Source: a virus (lineage: Duplodnaviria > Caudoviricetes). Taken from it: a stretch of 64,000 bases of DNA. This document shows positions 48,728 to 57,437 of this stretch, piece by piece. The notes under the pieces were generated by a model. That model was not told where the DNA came from and did not search any database. It saw nothing but the letters and a program-made list of their open reading frames with translations. The stretch lies in IMG/VR virus record IMGVR_UViG_3300037808_002146, one strand, 5' to 3'. The translations under genes and the position numbers were made by a program. Numbering within the stretch: position 1 is the first letter of the stretch; each line of letters begins with the position of its first letter.

Positions 48728-50640
48728 TATCTTACGCTCACTTTAATATCAAAATCCGGATATTTCATTTCAAAAATACCATTCTTTTTAGGGAATATAT
48801 AACCTTTTTCAATTATGATATCAAAAGGTTCGCTTAGGGAATAGCCATATGAATTTACTCCGTCGCTATGCACACCTACTTTGGAAACTATAGTAATACC
48901 AGAAGTTCTTCCTCCTGGGCTAGAAGAATCGTGTATCGAAGAAACTCCGTCTGAAGACATTACAGCATAGCTGATATCTCCCATTGCTAAAGGCTGATTT
49001 ATATGAAAATTAGATAGTTTGAGGAGTTTCCTTAAGTTTGTTATTATAGACTGAACTACTATGGATTTTTGAGCTCCTGGTGTTGCGATTACATTTACGT
49101 TTAAACCAAAGTTGTGAATTGCAGCATCCATTATTATATAGGAATCATTGATTAACCTAAAAGATTCTAAATAAGTCTTAAGGTTGAGCTTTAGATTATC
49201 TCCTGATACTTCTAGTGGCGAAGACGAAGATTGCATTGAACCAAATTTGATTAAGTTGCCCGATTGGCCGCGGCTTATTAAAGCTATTTCTACATGGCCA
49301 TTTGAGTCCGGGCTTTCTGAAACTGATGCTCTGTATATTCTCCCAAGGGGAGCTGGCAAAGAATATATTCGAGCTAATAAATCTTCTTTAGTTACAATTC
49401 TAGACTGTGAATTTCTAGCAATTGGGATTTGATCCCTAAATTCTTCTATCGATGGAGGAGGAGCACCACCAGAAGCTTTTTGTAGATTTCTTACGTCTAA
49501 ACTAGCCCTAGTCGAAACAGCTTCTTCATGACTTACGCCAGTGGGAAATGATAAATCTAAAAATTCTATTTGTCTTATAGAACCAACGCTTATGTTGTGA
49601 TTTAAGCCGCCGCCGTGTCTATATTTAATTGACAATGTAGTTTGTCTAGGAGCTACTCCTAAAGTATTCGTTTTTAGCAATGAATTTGGATCTAGAGAAA
49701 ACCTAGAAAAAACTTTTTTTCCATATAGCGGGACGCTTAAATCTCCTGGATCCGGAAGTATGTCATCATCATCAGCTGTAGCATCACCACCGCCAAACTG
49801 GAGCGTGGTAGATAATGTTTGAGGATCAAACAACTTAGTGAATCTATATGGAGCCGGGGTTACAGATATAGATTTTTGGATAGACTGGCGACTCACATCT
49901 TTATTATCTACGATAGTAAAAACATTGTCTTGTGCCAAGTTATCAACTTCATAATAAATATTTCCGTCAGAATCTGACACACTTTCTATTAAACTTACAT
50001 TTTGTTCTGATAACGTTATGTTTCTAAAAGGAGCAAAATTATCAGATATAGAAAATAGCTCTTCCCTAATTTCTCCAGAAACGCATAAACCACGTAAATT
50101 TATTATCTTTTTATTTCCTTGGTTTAAAGGAGCAGGATTTGATTTTTTCCAAATGTAATCTCTTTCTTCACTATTTTCTCTAAGGGAAAAATCAATATCT
50201 TCCATTAGATTAAAAGTCACTCCGTTCCCAGAGATCAACCTAGTTCCTTTTTTTATCTTAGGCAATGATAGCACTGAGACTTTATTTTCTTCGGAGATAG
50301 GTACTTCTATATAGAAAGAAACATAAACAGTCGATGGAGCAGCACCATGAGTTTCGACACCAGCTAAATTAATATGTTTTTTAATGTTTTCTATTTCTAC
50401 TGCGTCTGACCATCTTAGCTCATTAAACTGATGGTCTAGATAAAACGACATAGAGTCGCCGATATAAGAAATCATATCGACGAACATTCCGCCTAGTCCA
50501 GTTTCAGTAAAATCTTCTATATTATCCGGAAAAAAAGTCCTCGCATGTTGAATTAAGTTACTTTTAAAGCCATCAAAATCGCGAGCTAAATAAGACCTTT
50601 TTACAATTTTCTTTTGCCTATTTTTAATATCTTTTGCCAT
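48727..50640 (-). CDS. Baseplate wedge subunit (T4 gp6 / baseplate J-like)
   Basis: YLARDFDGFKSNL...DFTETGLGGMFVDMISYIGDSMSFYLDHQFNE N-terminus; FGGG; YRHGGG..HN; ASGGAPPPSIEEFR...QSRIVTKEDL. Confidence 0.88.
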   Translation of the reverse strand: MAKDIKNRQKKIVKRSYLARDFDGFKSNLIQHARTFFPDNIEDFTETGLGGMFVDMISYIGDSMSFYLDHQFNELRWSDAVEIENIKKHINLAGVETHGAAPSTVYVSFYIEVPISEENKVSVLSLPKIKKGTRLISGNGVTFNLMEDIDFSLRENSEERDYIWKKSNPAPLNQGNKKIINLRGLCVSGEIREELFSISDNFAPFRNITLSEQNVSLIESVSDSDGNIYYEVDNLAQDNVFTIVDNKDVSRQSIQKSISVTPAPYRFTKLFDPQTLSTTLQFGGGDATADDDDILPDPGDLSVPLYGKKVFSRFSLDPNSLLKTNTLGVAPRQTTLSIKYRHGGGLNHNISVGSIRQIEFLDLSFPTGVSHEEAVSTRASLDVRNLQKASGGAPPPSIEEFRDQIPIARNSQSRIVTKEDLLARIYSLPAPLGRIYRASVSESPDSNGHVEIALISRGQSGNLIKFGSMQSSSSPLEVSGDNLKLNLKTYLESFRLINDSYIIMDAAIHNFGLNVNVIATPGAQKSIVVQSIITNLRKLLKLSNFHINQPLAMGDISYAVMSSDGVSSIHDSSSPGGRTSGITIVSKVGVHSDGVNSYGYSLSEPFDIIIEKGYIFPKKNGIFEMKYPDFDIKVSVR

Positions 50641-51140
50641 TAACCTACCGCCCTTATTATTACTTCTATTGATTCATTGGAAACATTCAAACTAGGTATG
50701 GCATATAAGACCCTCACTCCAATATTAGCATGGTGTTCATTGTTATCACGATCTGTAAATGCTTCAAAGCTAGTCAACGAAATAAAAGGCATATAAACGC
50801 TAATAGCTTGATTAATCCTACTTATCGCTTCACTCTCTATATCATCGGATGCTAACTCAAATGCTAACTCTTCTAAATTTGCGCCGAAGTTATAGTTACC
50901 TAACCGCTCTCCCTTATTAGTCATAAGTAGATTTTTAAAGTTATCTTTAATTTGATCTTTTAAGTTTTTGTGCATCTTAAATAAACCGTCTCTATCCGAG
51001 CCAAGCTCTAATGGAGTTTTAATACCAATTAATTTTTGAAATTGGAAATCTCTCTTAGCTTTATCTACAACTGACTTTAATTGGCCGGCTGATTTGAATT
51101 TTATTTCACTTCTATTTTTTGTTCTATCTCTAGATGCCAT
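50640..51140 (-). CDS. Baseplate gp25/GPW-like protein
   Basis: DQIKDNFKNLLMTNKGERLGNYNFGANLEELAFE...INQAISVYMPFISL; adjacent to the gp6-like gene. Confidence 0.92.
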   Translation of the reverse strand: MASRDRTKNRSEIKFKSAGQLKSVVDKAKRDFQFQKLIGIKTPLELGSDRDGLFKMHKNLKDQIKDNFKNLLMTNKGERLGNYNFGANLEELAFELASDDIESEAISRINQAISVYMPFISLTSFEAFTDRDNNEHHANIGVRVLYAIPSLNVSNESIEVIIRAVG

Positions 51141-51157
51141 GACATACCTCTGGTGTA

Positions 51158-51164
51158 TAATTAT
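51158..51164 (-). promoter_or_regulatory. Candidate late-promoter motif ATAATTA
   Basis: ATA-N-TTA instance 17 nt upstream of the ATG at 51140, followed by the SD GAGGT. Confidence 0.5.
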
Positions 51165-51203
51165 CCACTAAAAAAATTTATCGTTATTTTATGGAGTATA
51201 AAA

Positions 51204-51443
51204 TCACCACTTCCCCATGGGGCATGCTTTATCTGAGGCATATACTAACATTGGGTAATAACACCCGCAGTCTCCGCATTTTAGAAATTGGGTTTTACTC
51301 TTAACCAATTTTGGACATGTGTCGCAAATTTTTCTCCTTTGGTTTGCTAATTCTGCTGTTTTTTTGTCTAGCAATCCCATCATGTGCATCGAAAGTTTTG
51401 TCCACCCTTCTCCAATTTGAACGCATTCTTTGCATATCGACAT
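51204..51443 (-). CDS. 79-aa Cys-rich protein, DUF6171-like probable metal binder
   Basis: CKEC, RRKICDTCPKL, CGDCGCYY and terminal CPMGKW motifs. Confidence 0.65.
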   Translation of the reverse strand: MSICKECVQIGEGWTKLSMHMMGLLDKKTAELANQRRKICDTCPKLVKSKTQFLKCGDCGCYYPMLVYASDKACPMGKW

Positions 51444-53014
51444 TATACGCCTTTCTTCGGGGTTAGAACAGCAATTGGTTCAATTTCTGGAGCGACAGGT
51501 TGTGTCGGTACAACATTCGCTGGTGGAGGTTCTTCGATATTCGCCACCTTATTAGTTGATTGCACCGCTTGAGCATCGTATCTAGGTATAACCTTAAGTA
51601 TTGGAGGTAGACTATCGGCTACTTTTGGTTTACCAATTTGAACGAAGGCTGCCATAACTTTTTTTACACCGCCAACTGTAACGTCGCAGTAAACTTCATG
51701 TAGCCCTTCATTTTCAAAGCTATGAATTAAGCTGCGGTCTGAGGATTGCGGTGGTACATCAGGCCCACCTTTGTTATTTTCCCTGCATATTCTTTCGCTT
51801 AAACTTTTAGGGTTTATTAGAGATTCTTTAAAGTTGTTAAAAGATTCGGCATAATTTTCCCTGCTTGGGCTCGAATTTGAGTTTTCTTCAATAGAACTAT
51901 CAGGTTTATGAATTGTCCATTTGTAAGTTGCCGATTCGCTACTAATAACTTTTCCATTGTGTCTTACATTTGGTTCTTCTTGCTCGAGTATATCTTCTCC
52001 ATCTTGGTGGATAAATTTACCAGGAAAAAGCTTATTTAGTTCAAAACCGGTTATAGTAAAAATAACTCTAACATTCGCTGAAGTTTTCTTAAAAATCATT
52101 AAGTTGCTTTCAGTTTCGTCACTTCGACTGTGAACTATGCTTATTCTGGGCGGTGCGCTAACTAACGGATTGAGTTTGGTGCCAAAGTCTATGTTACCTT
52201 CGTCATCTTCAGTTAGCATCCCTTTTTCTTTCATACCAAGTAAGATTACGAGAATTGGCATTACTATAAATAAGAAAAAAAGTAACATGCACATCCAACA
52301 AATAGCGATGTTTATCCCTATAGGTGGTATTTCAGGACTACACTCGGCATCTGGTTTTATTAGTCCCTTAAATTTGGCTATAGCACACGGATCAAAATCG
52401 GGTATATCCGGAAGCTTAAGTTTAATAAGATCTAAGCCAAGTGATACTGGCTTTATTGACATATCCAAAAGAGGCATGCCCGGGAAAGGGGGCACATCTA
52501 TAGTAAAAAAGTTTACGCCAGGAAAATTAGGTAATGGCAAGCCAGGCAATTCTAAACCTAAATCAATGCTAGGTATTAAAGGTAAAGCAACCGGTATAGA
52601 TGGAAGTTTTAGACTTGGAACTCCAAATAAACTAATGTCTAGATCGGGGGGCTTGGGAAGGCCGGGGGGAACATTCAAAATTGGCTCAAATGCGGCCGCA
52701 AATTGGAAATAAGGACCTCCAAATAGGGAGAGTTGAAGTCTTATTTGCTCGCACATACCTGCATATTCAGGTTCAGGTACCTCTACAGCAGCGCCTTTTC
52801 CGGGAGGTTGTGGATTTGTTTGAGGGCAACAAGGCATGCCTTCCATCGTGCGGGCAGCTTGTTGCTCGTCTTTTTGAATTTGATTGCAATTTGCGGCGCA
52901 ACAGCATCCTTCGAATATCTTGACCAGCAAGTCACCCGCAGCCGGAAAAGTTCCAGAGATTAAACCATCGGATTCACCGCTGGCCGTTAACTCAGTTCTT
53001 CCTTCTTCGCTCAT
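51443..53014 (-). CDS. 523-aa Cys/Pro-rich protein with a hydrophobic helix and a PKD-like C-terminal domain
   Basis: CCCAANC and CC near the N-terminus; LP.IP-type repeats; IAICWMCMLLFFLFIVMPILVILLG; YKWTI...HSFENEGLHEVYCDVT. Confidence 0.7.
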   Translation of the reverse strand: MSEEGRTELTASGESDGLISGTFPAAGDLLVKIFEGCCCAANCNQIQKDEQQAARTMEGMPCCPQTNPQPPGKGAAVEVPEPEYAGMCEQIRLQLSLFGGPYFQFAAAFEPILNVPPGLPKPPDLDISLFGVPSLKLPSIPVALPLIPSIDLGLELPGLPLPNFPGVNFFTIDVPPFPGMPLLDMSIKPVSLGLDLIKLKLPDIPDFDPCAIAKFKGLIKPDAECSPEIPPIGINIAICWMCMLLFFLFIVMPILVILLGMKEKGMLTEDDEGNIDFGTKLNPLVSAPPRISIVHSRSDETESNLMIFKKTSANVRVIFTITGFELNKLFPGKFIHQDGEDILEQEEPNVRHNGKVISSESATYKWTIHKPDSSIEENSNSSPSRENYAESFNNFKESLINPKSLSERICRENNKGGPDVPPQSSDRSLIHSFENEGLHEVYCDVTVGGVKKVMAAFVQIGKPKVADSLPPILKVIPRYDAQAVQSTNKVANIEEPPPANVVPTQPVAPEIEPIAVLTPKKGV

Positions 53015-54873
53015 TTTATCTTAATTACCTTACTCATACTTTTCAATAGATTAGACTTTAGATTATCTAAAACAGGCTGGGAACTAGTCGCGTTTATAAT
53101 CGGGGCGCCGGAATTGCCAGTGGAAGCAATAGCTGCTGGAGATGGCATTTTTCCGCCAGATCCAAAGGACGCAGCATTTCCGCCAACAGCACCGTGCAGA
53201 CGTAAGATATCTACCGCAAAAGCCATTAAGGTATCAGCTAGCTCTTCCGCAAGAAATATGCTATGTTGAGCATCATCTCCGCCAATATATATACTATCAT
53301 TTGCTGTATATGGTTGATCCGCCGGCGATAAAGCTGCGCCAGACGCATAATTGTTGCCTAAAACAACACGAGGGCCATCTATTATTATTGTACCACTTGG
53401 CTCTATAGCTATTACAGCTCTTTCATTGTCGGGGGGCCCCGCAGTGTCATCGCCAGGCTCTTTCGGTATTCCCTCTTTTATTATTCTAATAGAACCATTA
53501 ACCTTAGCATTGCCAGCTATATCATCTGGGTCTTTTCTAGCTATAATTCTTATATGATCTGATTTTACTACTACTGCTGCGCCGTCGAGTTCTGCTGGCG
53601 GATTAGCCGCAATAGGCATGTTAGTGAGCTGCTCAGTTAAACCAAAGTCTGCGTCAGGAGACGAATCGGCAGTCAAGTATATTCTAGAAGCATCATACCT
53701 AAAATCAGGGTCTCCTTCTATAGCGTGATCGAGTTGATTATCTGTAACCTCCTCTATAAACCCTTGCGGATTTTTTGAAACTTCGACCATGTTTGCACCG
53801 CGGGCATCTTCCGGATTAACCGTTTTCTTAAGGCGAGGGAAAGTCGGTGGTTGTTCTGATTCTAAACCAGATAATTCAGTATCTATTGGAGAAACGTTGG
53901 GGCCAGAGTTTCCACTTCTCGTCCTTATTGATCTTCCGGCAACAATATCAATTGCTGCTGAGAGTTTGGTTAAATCTGGTGGCGATTCTGGGGTTGTAGG
54001 ATCAACTATGGTTGCACTCGACCGAATCATTTTACCGCCCTTTTCTATCGCGGTGTCATTAATGTCTTTAATCCTGTCTGCTTCTGCGCGTGCAGCTGCA
54101 AAGCCTCCTTTATAACCTCTTGTAGTACCTAGCGTTATGCTAGTATTATTCGATCCCTGCATAACCATATCACCAGGCATCTTTGTTAATCTAGGTACTG
54201 GTTCGAATTTAAAAGATTTATAAGCTAGCGAACCAGTAACATGTATATCATATTGGTTAGATTCTGTGCCAATTGTATAACCATCAGTAGACGCATTCCC
54301 ATTTGGGAAACCGTACATTACTGAATCTTCTACATTTTCTGTTTTAGGGTTTTCACCATGAACTTTGTCGGAAGATTTTTGTTGATCTTTTTTGCCATCA
54401 ACATAATGATGAATTCTATCTTCATGAGTATAATTTAAATCATCAACGTCTAGCCATGTCGGTACTCTACACATCCAATAGAAAACTTTTGCCCCTTTGC
54501 CTATAGGCGCTGGACTGATTAACCAAACATGCTCACCAGGCTTTATAGGAAAACATAAGTGAGGCGGGAAAAAAGGTAAGCTAACAGTTTGCGTGGTAGT
54601 TCTTTTACCTTGGCCATCATTTAAAACACGAGCTATGATAGAATTTCTTGGAGATCTTTTTATAAAGGCAAAATTGTCAACAGTAGTTTCATTGTATATA
54701 TCATCAAAATCTTTTTGGCTTCGAAAAGCAGCAGGATCTGTTATGACATCTATTACAATCGCTTTTTGAAAAACAGTGTCTAAAGTAGAGTTAGCTAAAG
54801 CCGGCTCTGATTTATCTCTAGCAACATCCTCGAAGGCTACATCATTAACATTGTCATCATAGGTATGGGCCAT
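53011..54873 (-). CDS. 620-aa baseplate hub/central spike-like protein (gp5/gpV-type), no lysozyme domain seen
   Basis: N-terminal OB-fold-like SLPFFPPHLCFPIKPGEHVWLI; PGDMVMQGSNNTSITLG; AVVVKSDHIRIIARK; positioned upstream of the gp25 and gp6 homologues. Confidence 0.65.
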   Translation of the reverse strand: MAHTYDDNVNDVAFEDVARDKSEPALANSTLDTVFQKAIVIDVITDPAAFRSQKDFDDIYNETTVDNFAFIKRSPRNSIIARVLNDGQGKRTTTQTVSLPFFPPHLCFPIKPGEHVWLISPAPIGKGAKVFYWMCRVPTWLDVDDLNYTHEDRIHHYVDGKKDQQKSSDKVHGENPKTENVEDSVMYGFPNGNASTDGYTIGTESNQYDIHVTGSLAYKSFKFEPVPRLTKMPGDMVMQGSNNTSITLGTTRGYKGGFAAARAEADRIKDINDTAIEKGGKMIRSSATIVDPTTPESPPDLTKLSAAIDIVAGRSIRTRSGNSGPNVSPIDTELSGLESEQPPTFPRLKKTVNPEDARGANMVEVSKNPQGFIEEVTDNQLDHAIEGDPDFRYDASRIYLTADSSPDADFGLTEQLTNMPIAANPPAELDGAAVVVKSDHIRIIARKDPDDIAGNAKVNGSIRIIKEGIPKEPGDDTAGPPDNERAVIAIEPSGTIIIDGPRVVLGNNYASGAALSPADQPYTANDSIYIGGDDAQHSIFLAEELADTLMAFAVDILRLHGAVGGNAASFGSGGKMPSPAAIASTGNSGAPIINATSSQPVLDNLKSNLLKSMSKVIKIK

Positions 54874-54875
54874 TA

Positions 54876-55238
54876 CTAATCCTTAATTTGAGAGAATAAA
54901 TCGTCCGGATCAATCTTATTATTTTCAGCTTCAGCCCTAGCTATTACTTCAGCTAATTTTAATAATTGCTCATTTGATTTATTCATACGTTCGAGGTATT
55001 TTGAAAGTATTGCGCCGATAGCTGCATGTTCTGCAATTCCGGTCCTCATTTGAGTGTAGGCTTCTACAAACAAGACATGCGCATTTTGGCGGTCAAGGTT
55101 TGCATTTTCGTATATTTCTTTCCACAAGAGCTTCTTTTTATCATCTGATGAAACTAGCTCAGAAAGCATTTCTTCAAATTTTTTAGTTTTTTCTTCTATT
55201 TTTTCTATTTTTTGTAGCGCCGAGGTTAGATTATCCAT
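54876..55238 (-). CDS. 120-aa all-helical hypothetical protein
   Basis: SD GGGAG; WKEIYENANLDR...SKYLERMNKSNEQLLKLAE. Confidence 0.85.
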   Translation of the reverse strand: MDNLTSALQKIEKIEEKTKKFEEMLSELVSSDDKKKLLWKEIYENANLDRQNAHVLFVEAYTQMRTGIAEHAAIGAILSKYLERMNKSNEQLLKLAEVIARAEAENNKIDPDDLFSQIKD

Positions 55239-55250
55239 AATATCTCCCGT

Positions 55251-55979
55251 TTAAAATATATCAACGATTCTTTTGTCATGTACTATATCACGATAATGTT
55301 TTCTTATAGATGACATCGAGACAGATAATTTCTTTGGAGTTAGCCCAGATATCTCTCTCACGTAAACATAAATAGCTCTCTTATTTAAAAAATCTAATTG
55401 TTCAATTTTATCAAAGACTGTGATAATAGCGCTAATACAAAGTTTTTCATTCTCCTTAGTAACTCTACTTTTTATTATTTCTAAAACTTTTATTATTTCG
55501 TTTTTTCTATTTGCATTAATGATAATTTTATCTGGAGATTCTATTATTTGAGAATATGCTATAGAGTTTCTGTCTTTTTTAGACAAAGAAGACATATCTG
55601 ATAAGCTTACATTTCTTATAACATTTTTTCGGTGTTGTCTAGAATTAATTATTAGCCAGTTTTTAGCCACAACATTGAAATAAGAAAACGCTTTTGTTCC
55701 GCGATCTTCATCCCACTTATGTATTGTTTCATAAAGGAATGATACGCAGTCAGTTTTTATATTTTCTATTTGGTTAGATCCAGCTCTAAAACCATATACG
55801 AAGATAAGACTTGCAGCTAATTTCTCAAATGCAGGGTGGATTTGCTCATTGTATAATTTTTCCCGTTCTTTGGTTGCCTCTAACTGTTGAAACTCGACTA
55901 TAGAAGCCTGAGTATCTTTATTAAAGTACATATTCCTTTTTTGATTAGGATTTCTTCTAATTTTCTTCTTTTTCTTCAA
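55251..55979 (-). CDS. Phage sigma-factor-like protein (sigma70 region-2 / gp55-like); likely TTG start at 55979
   Basis: YFNKD.Q..I...DCVSFLYETIHKWDEDRGTKAFSYFNVVAKNWLI resembles sigma region 2.2-2.4 (FD..RG.KF.TY). GGAG lies 9 nt before the in-frame TTG. Confidence 0.65.
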   Translation of the reverse strand: MKKKKKIRRNPNQKRNMYFNKDTQASIVEFQQLEATKEREKLYNEQIHPAFEKLAASLIFVYGFRAGSNQIENIKTDCVSFLYETIHKWDEDRGTKAFSYFNVVAKNWLIINSRQHRKNVIRNVSLSDMSSLSKKDRNSIAYSQIIESPDKIIINANRKNEIIKVLEIIKSRVTKENEKLCISAIITVFDKIEQLDFLNKRAIYVYVREISGLTPKKLSVSMSSIRKHYRDIVHDKRIVDIF

Positions 55980-56280
55980 AATAAGTTTCTCCAAAATTCT
56001 TAGAAGAAACATTCTTAGATAAAGCCTCAGCAACTGATAATATAGATTCTTTACATTCCTCTATATCTGAATGGACTTGTCTTACTTCATTGCTATCGTA
56101 AAATAAAGGTATTTCTAAAATTGAAGATATAGAATCTTGCCTTTGTTCTAAAATATCAATGCTTTCCTCTAAAGCGTCTTCTACTTTTAATAATAATAAC
56201 GCAAACTTTACCATAAAAAAACTAGAAAAGCATAATAGAAGTGCTAGAACGCTTATGATAACGATAGCGGCAATACTCAT
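55957..56280 (-). CDS. 107-aa protein with an N-terminal transmembrane helix and acidic coiled tail
   Basis: MSIAAIVIISVLALLLCFSSFFMVKFALLLL; ATGA overlap with the upstream glycosyltransferase. Confidence 0.8.
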   Translation of the reverse strand: MSIAAIVIISVLALLLCFSSFFMVKFALLLLKVEDALEESIDILEQRQDSISSILEIPLFYDSNEVRQVHSDIEECKESILSVAEALSKNVSSKNFGETYFEEKEEN

Positions 56281-57437
56281 GTTAATATATCACCCAAAAC
56301 ACTATCGTAAATTTTGTAAACTTCATGATTATTTAACTTTTCGCGGAGGGTGCTTTTGCCATTATTAGCCCACTCTCTTGGGATAGAACAAGATTTTCTT
56401 ATTTTGCTTAATTTCCTTTTAACATCTGACTCTTTCGGGTGAGCCCAGCGACTAGATTCAATAAAAATATTGTTATCTATGCGAGATTCGTGAACGTTGA
56501 CTAAATCATAATCAAAGGGTGAAAATTTAATATTGCTTAAAAAATCCATATGGCCAGACCATTTTGTTGCCATCACCGGTAAGCCTGAAGCTGCGGCTTC
56601 TAAAAGAGGTAATCCATAACCTTCTCCTCGAGTAAAAGAAACTAGAGCATTGAGTTGTTCGCTTCTGTAGAATGCCGATATTTCATCATTAGTCATAAGC
56701 CCATGCGAAAGGTAAAATTTGGGATAAGAGCCATGGCGGACTTCGTCAACAACTTTAGTTAAAAGCCTTAGCGTATTCTCTCTATCGATTGCAGTCATTC
56801 TGCCTAAGCTGGTTTTTATAACGACACCAACGTCTGGATCATCCTTGAATGTTTCACAAAGCCATTTTATTCCATAGAATGTATTCTTTCTGTCAGCTTC
56901 TGCATTTTGACCTGTAATTAAGCCAAACATCAAAAAATTAAAATTAGTAGAAACGTCTAATTCCATAGGATCAAGCTTTTGTTCTATTAACTCCGGTAAA
57001 ATATACTCTGGAACAACACAGATCTGTGTAGTTATGTCTCCTGACCTTTCAAATGTAGATTTAGTAAATTTTGATGGAACAATGACTAAGTCCATAGAAT
57101 TTACACAATCAACCCAGCTTTGAGAGCATTTATCAGTTTCCACGCCAGCCGTTATACCTACGTTATATTTTGCTACGTTAGGATCCCATTCATTAGGTAA
57201 CTGGACTTGGAAAGATATATCGAAAGACTTTTCAGTTGGATGACTTGAATCAATTATTTTAGAAATAAGGCCATTGTCATATTCACCATTTAAATAGAAG
57301 GTACAAATTCCCCAAGGAGTTACTTGAGCATTTAAAGTTAGATTTTCTCTCTGTAATAGATAGCTAAAAACTTGCCTTGCATGAACTCCATATCCAGCTG
57401 AATTGAGCAAAGGGCCACGAACTAATATGTTTTTCAT
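56277..57437 (-). CDS. Glycosyltransferase, GT-B fold (GT4-like)
   Basis: GEGYGLPLLEAAASGLPVMAT (E-x7-E); DRKNT; N-terminal GYG.HARQ. Confidence 0.9.
   Translation of the reverse strand: MKNILVRGPLLNSAGYGVHARQVFSYLLQRENLTLNAQVTPWGICTFYLNGEYDNGLISKIIDSSHPTEKSFDISFQVQLPNEWDPNVAKYNVGITAGVETDKCSQSWVDCVNSMDLVIVPSKFTKSTFERSGDITTQICVVPEYILPELIEQKLDPMELDVSTNFNFLMFGLITGQNAEADRKNTFYGIKWLCETFKDDPDVGVVIKTSLGRMTAIDRENTLRLLTKVVDEVRHGSYPKFYLSHGLMTNDEISAFYRSEQLNALVSFTRGEGYGLPLLEAAASGLPVMATKWSGHMDFLSNIKFSPFDYDLVNVHESRIDNNIFIESSRWAHPKESDVKRKLSKIRKSCSIPREWANNGKSTLREKLNNHEVYKIYDSVLGDILT

Noticed and set aside
55980-56033. N-terminal extension MLRLYLRMFLLRILEKLI of the 260-aa ORF
   Set aside because: It overlaps the upstream gene by 77 nt; a GGAG SD sits 9 nt before the in-frame TTG at 55979.
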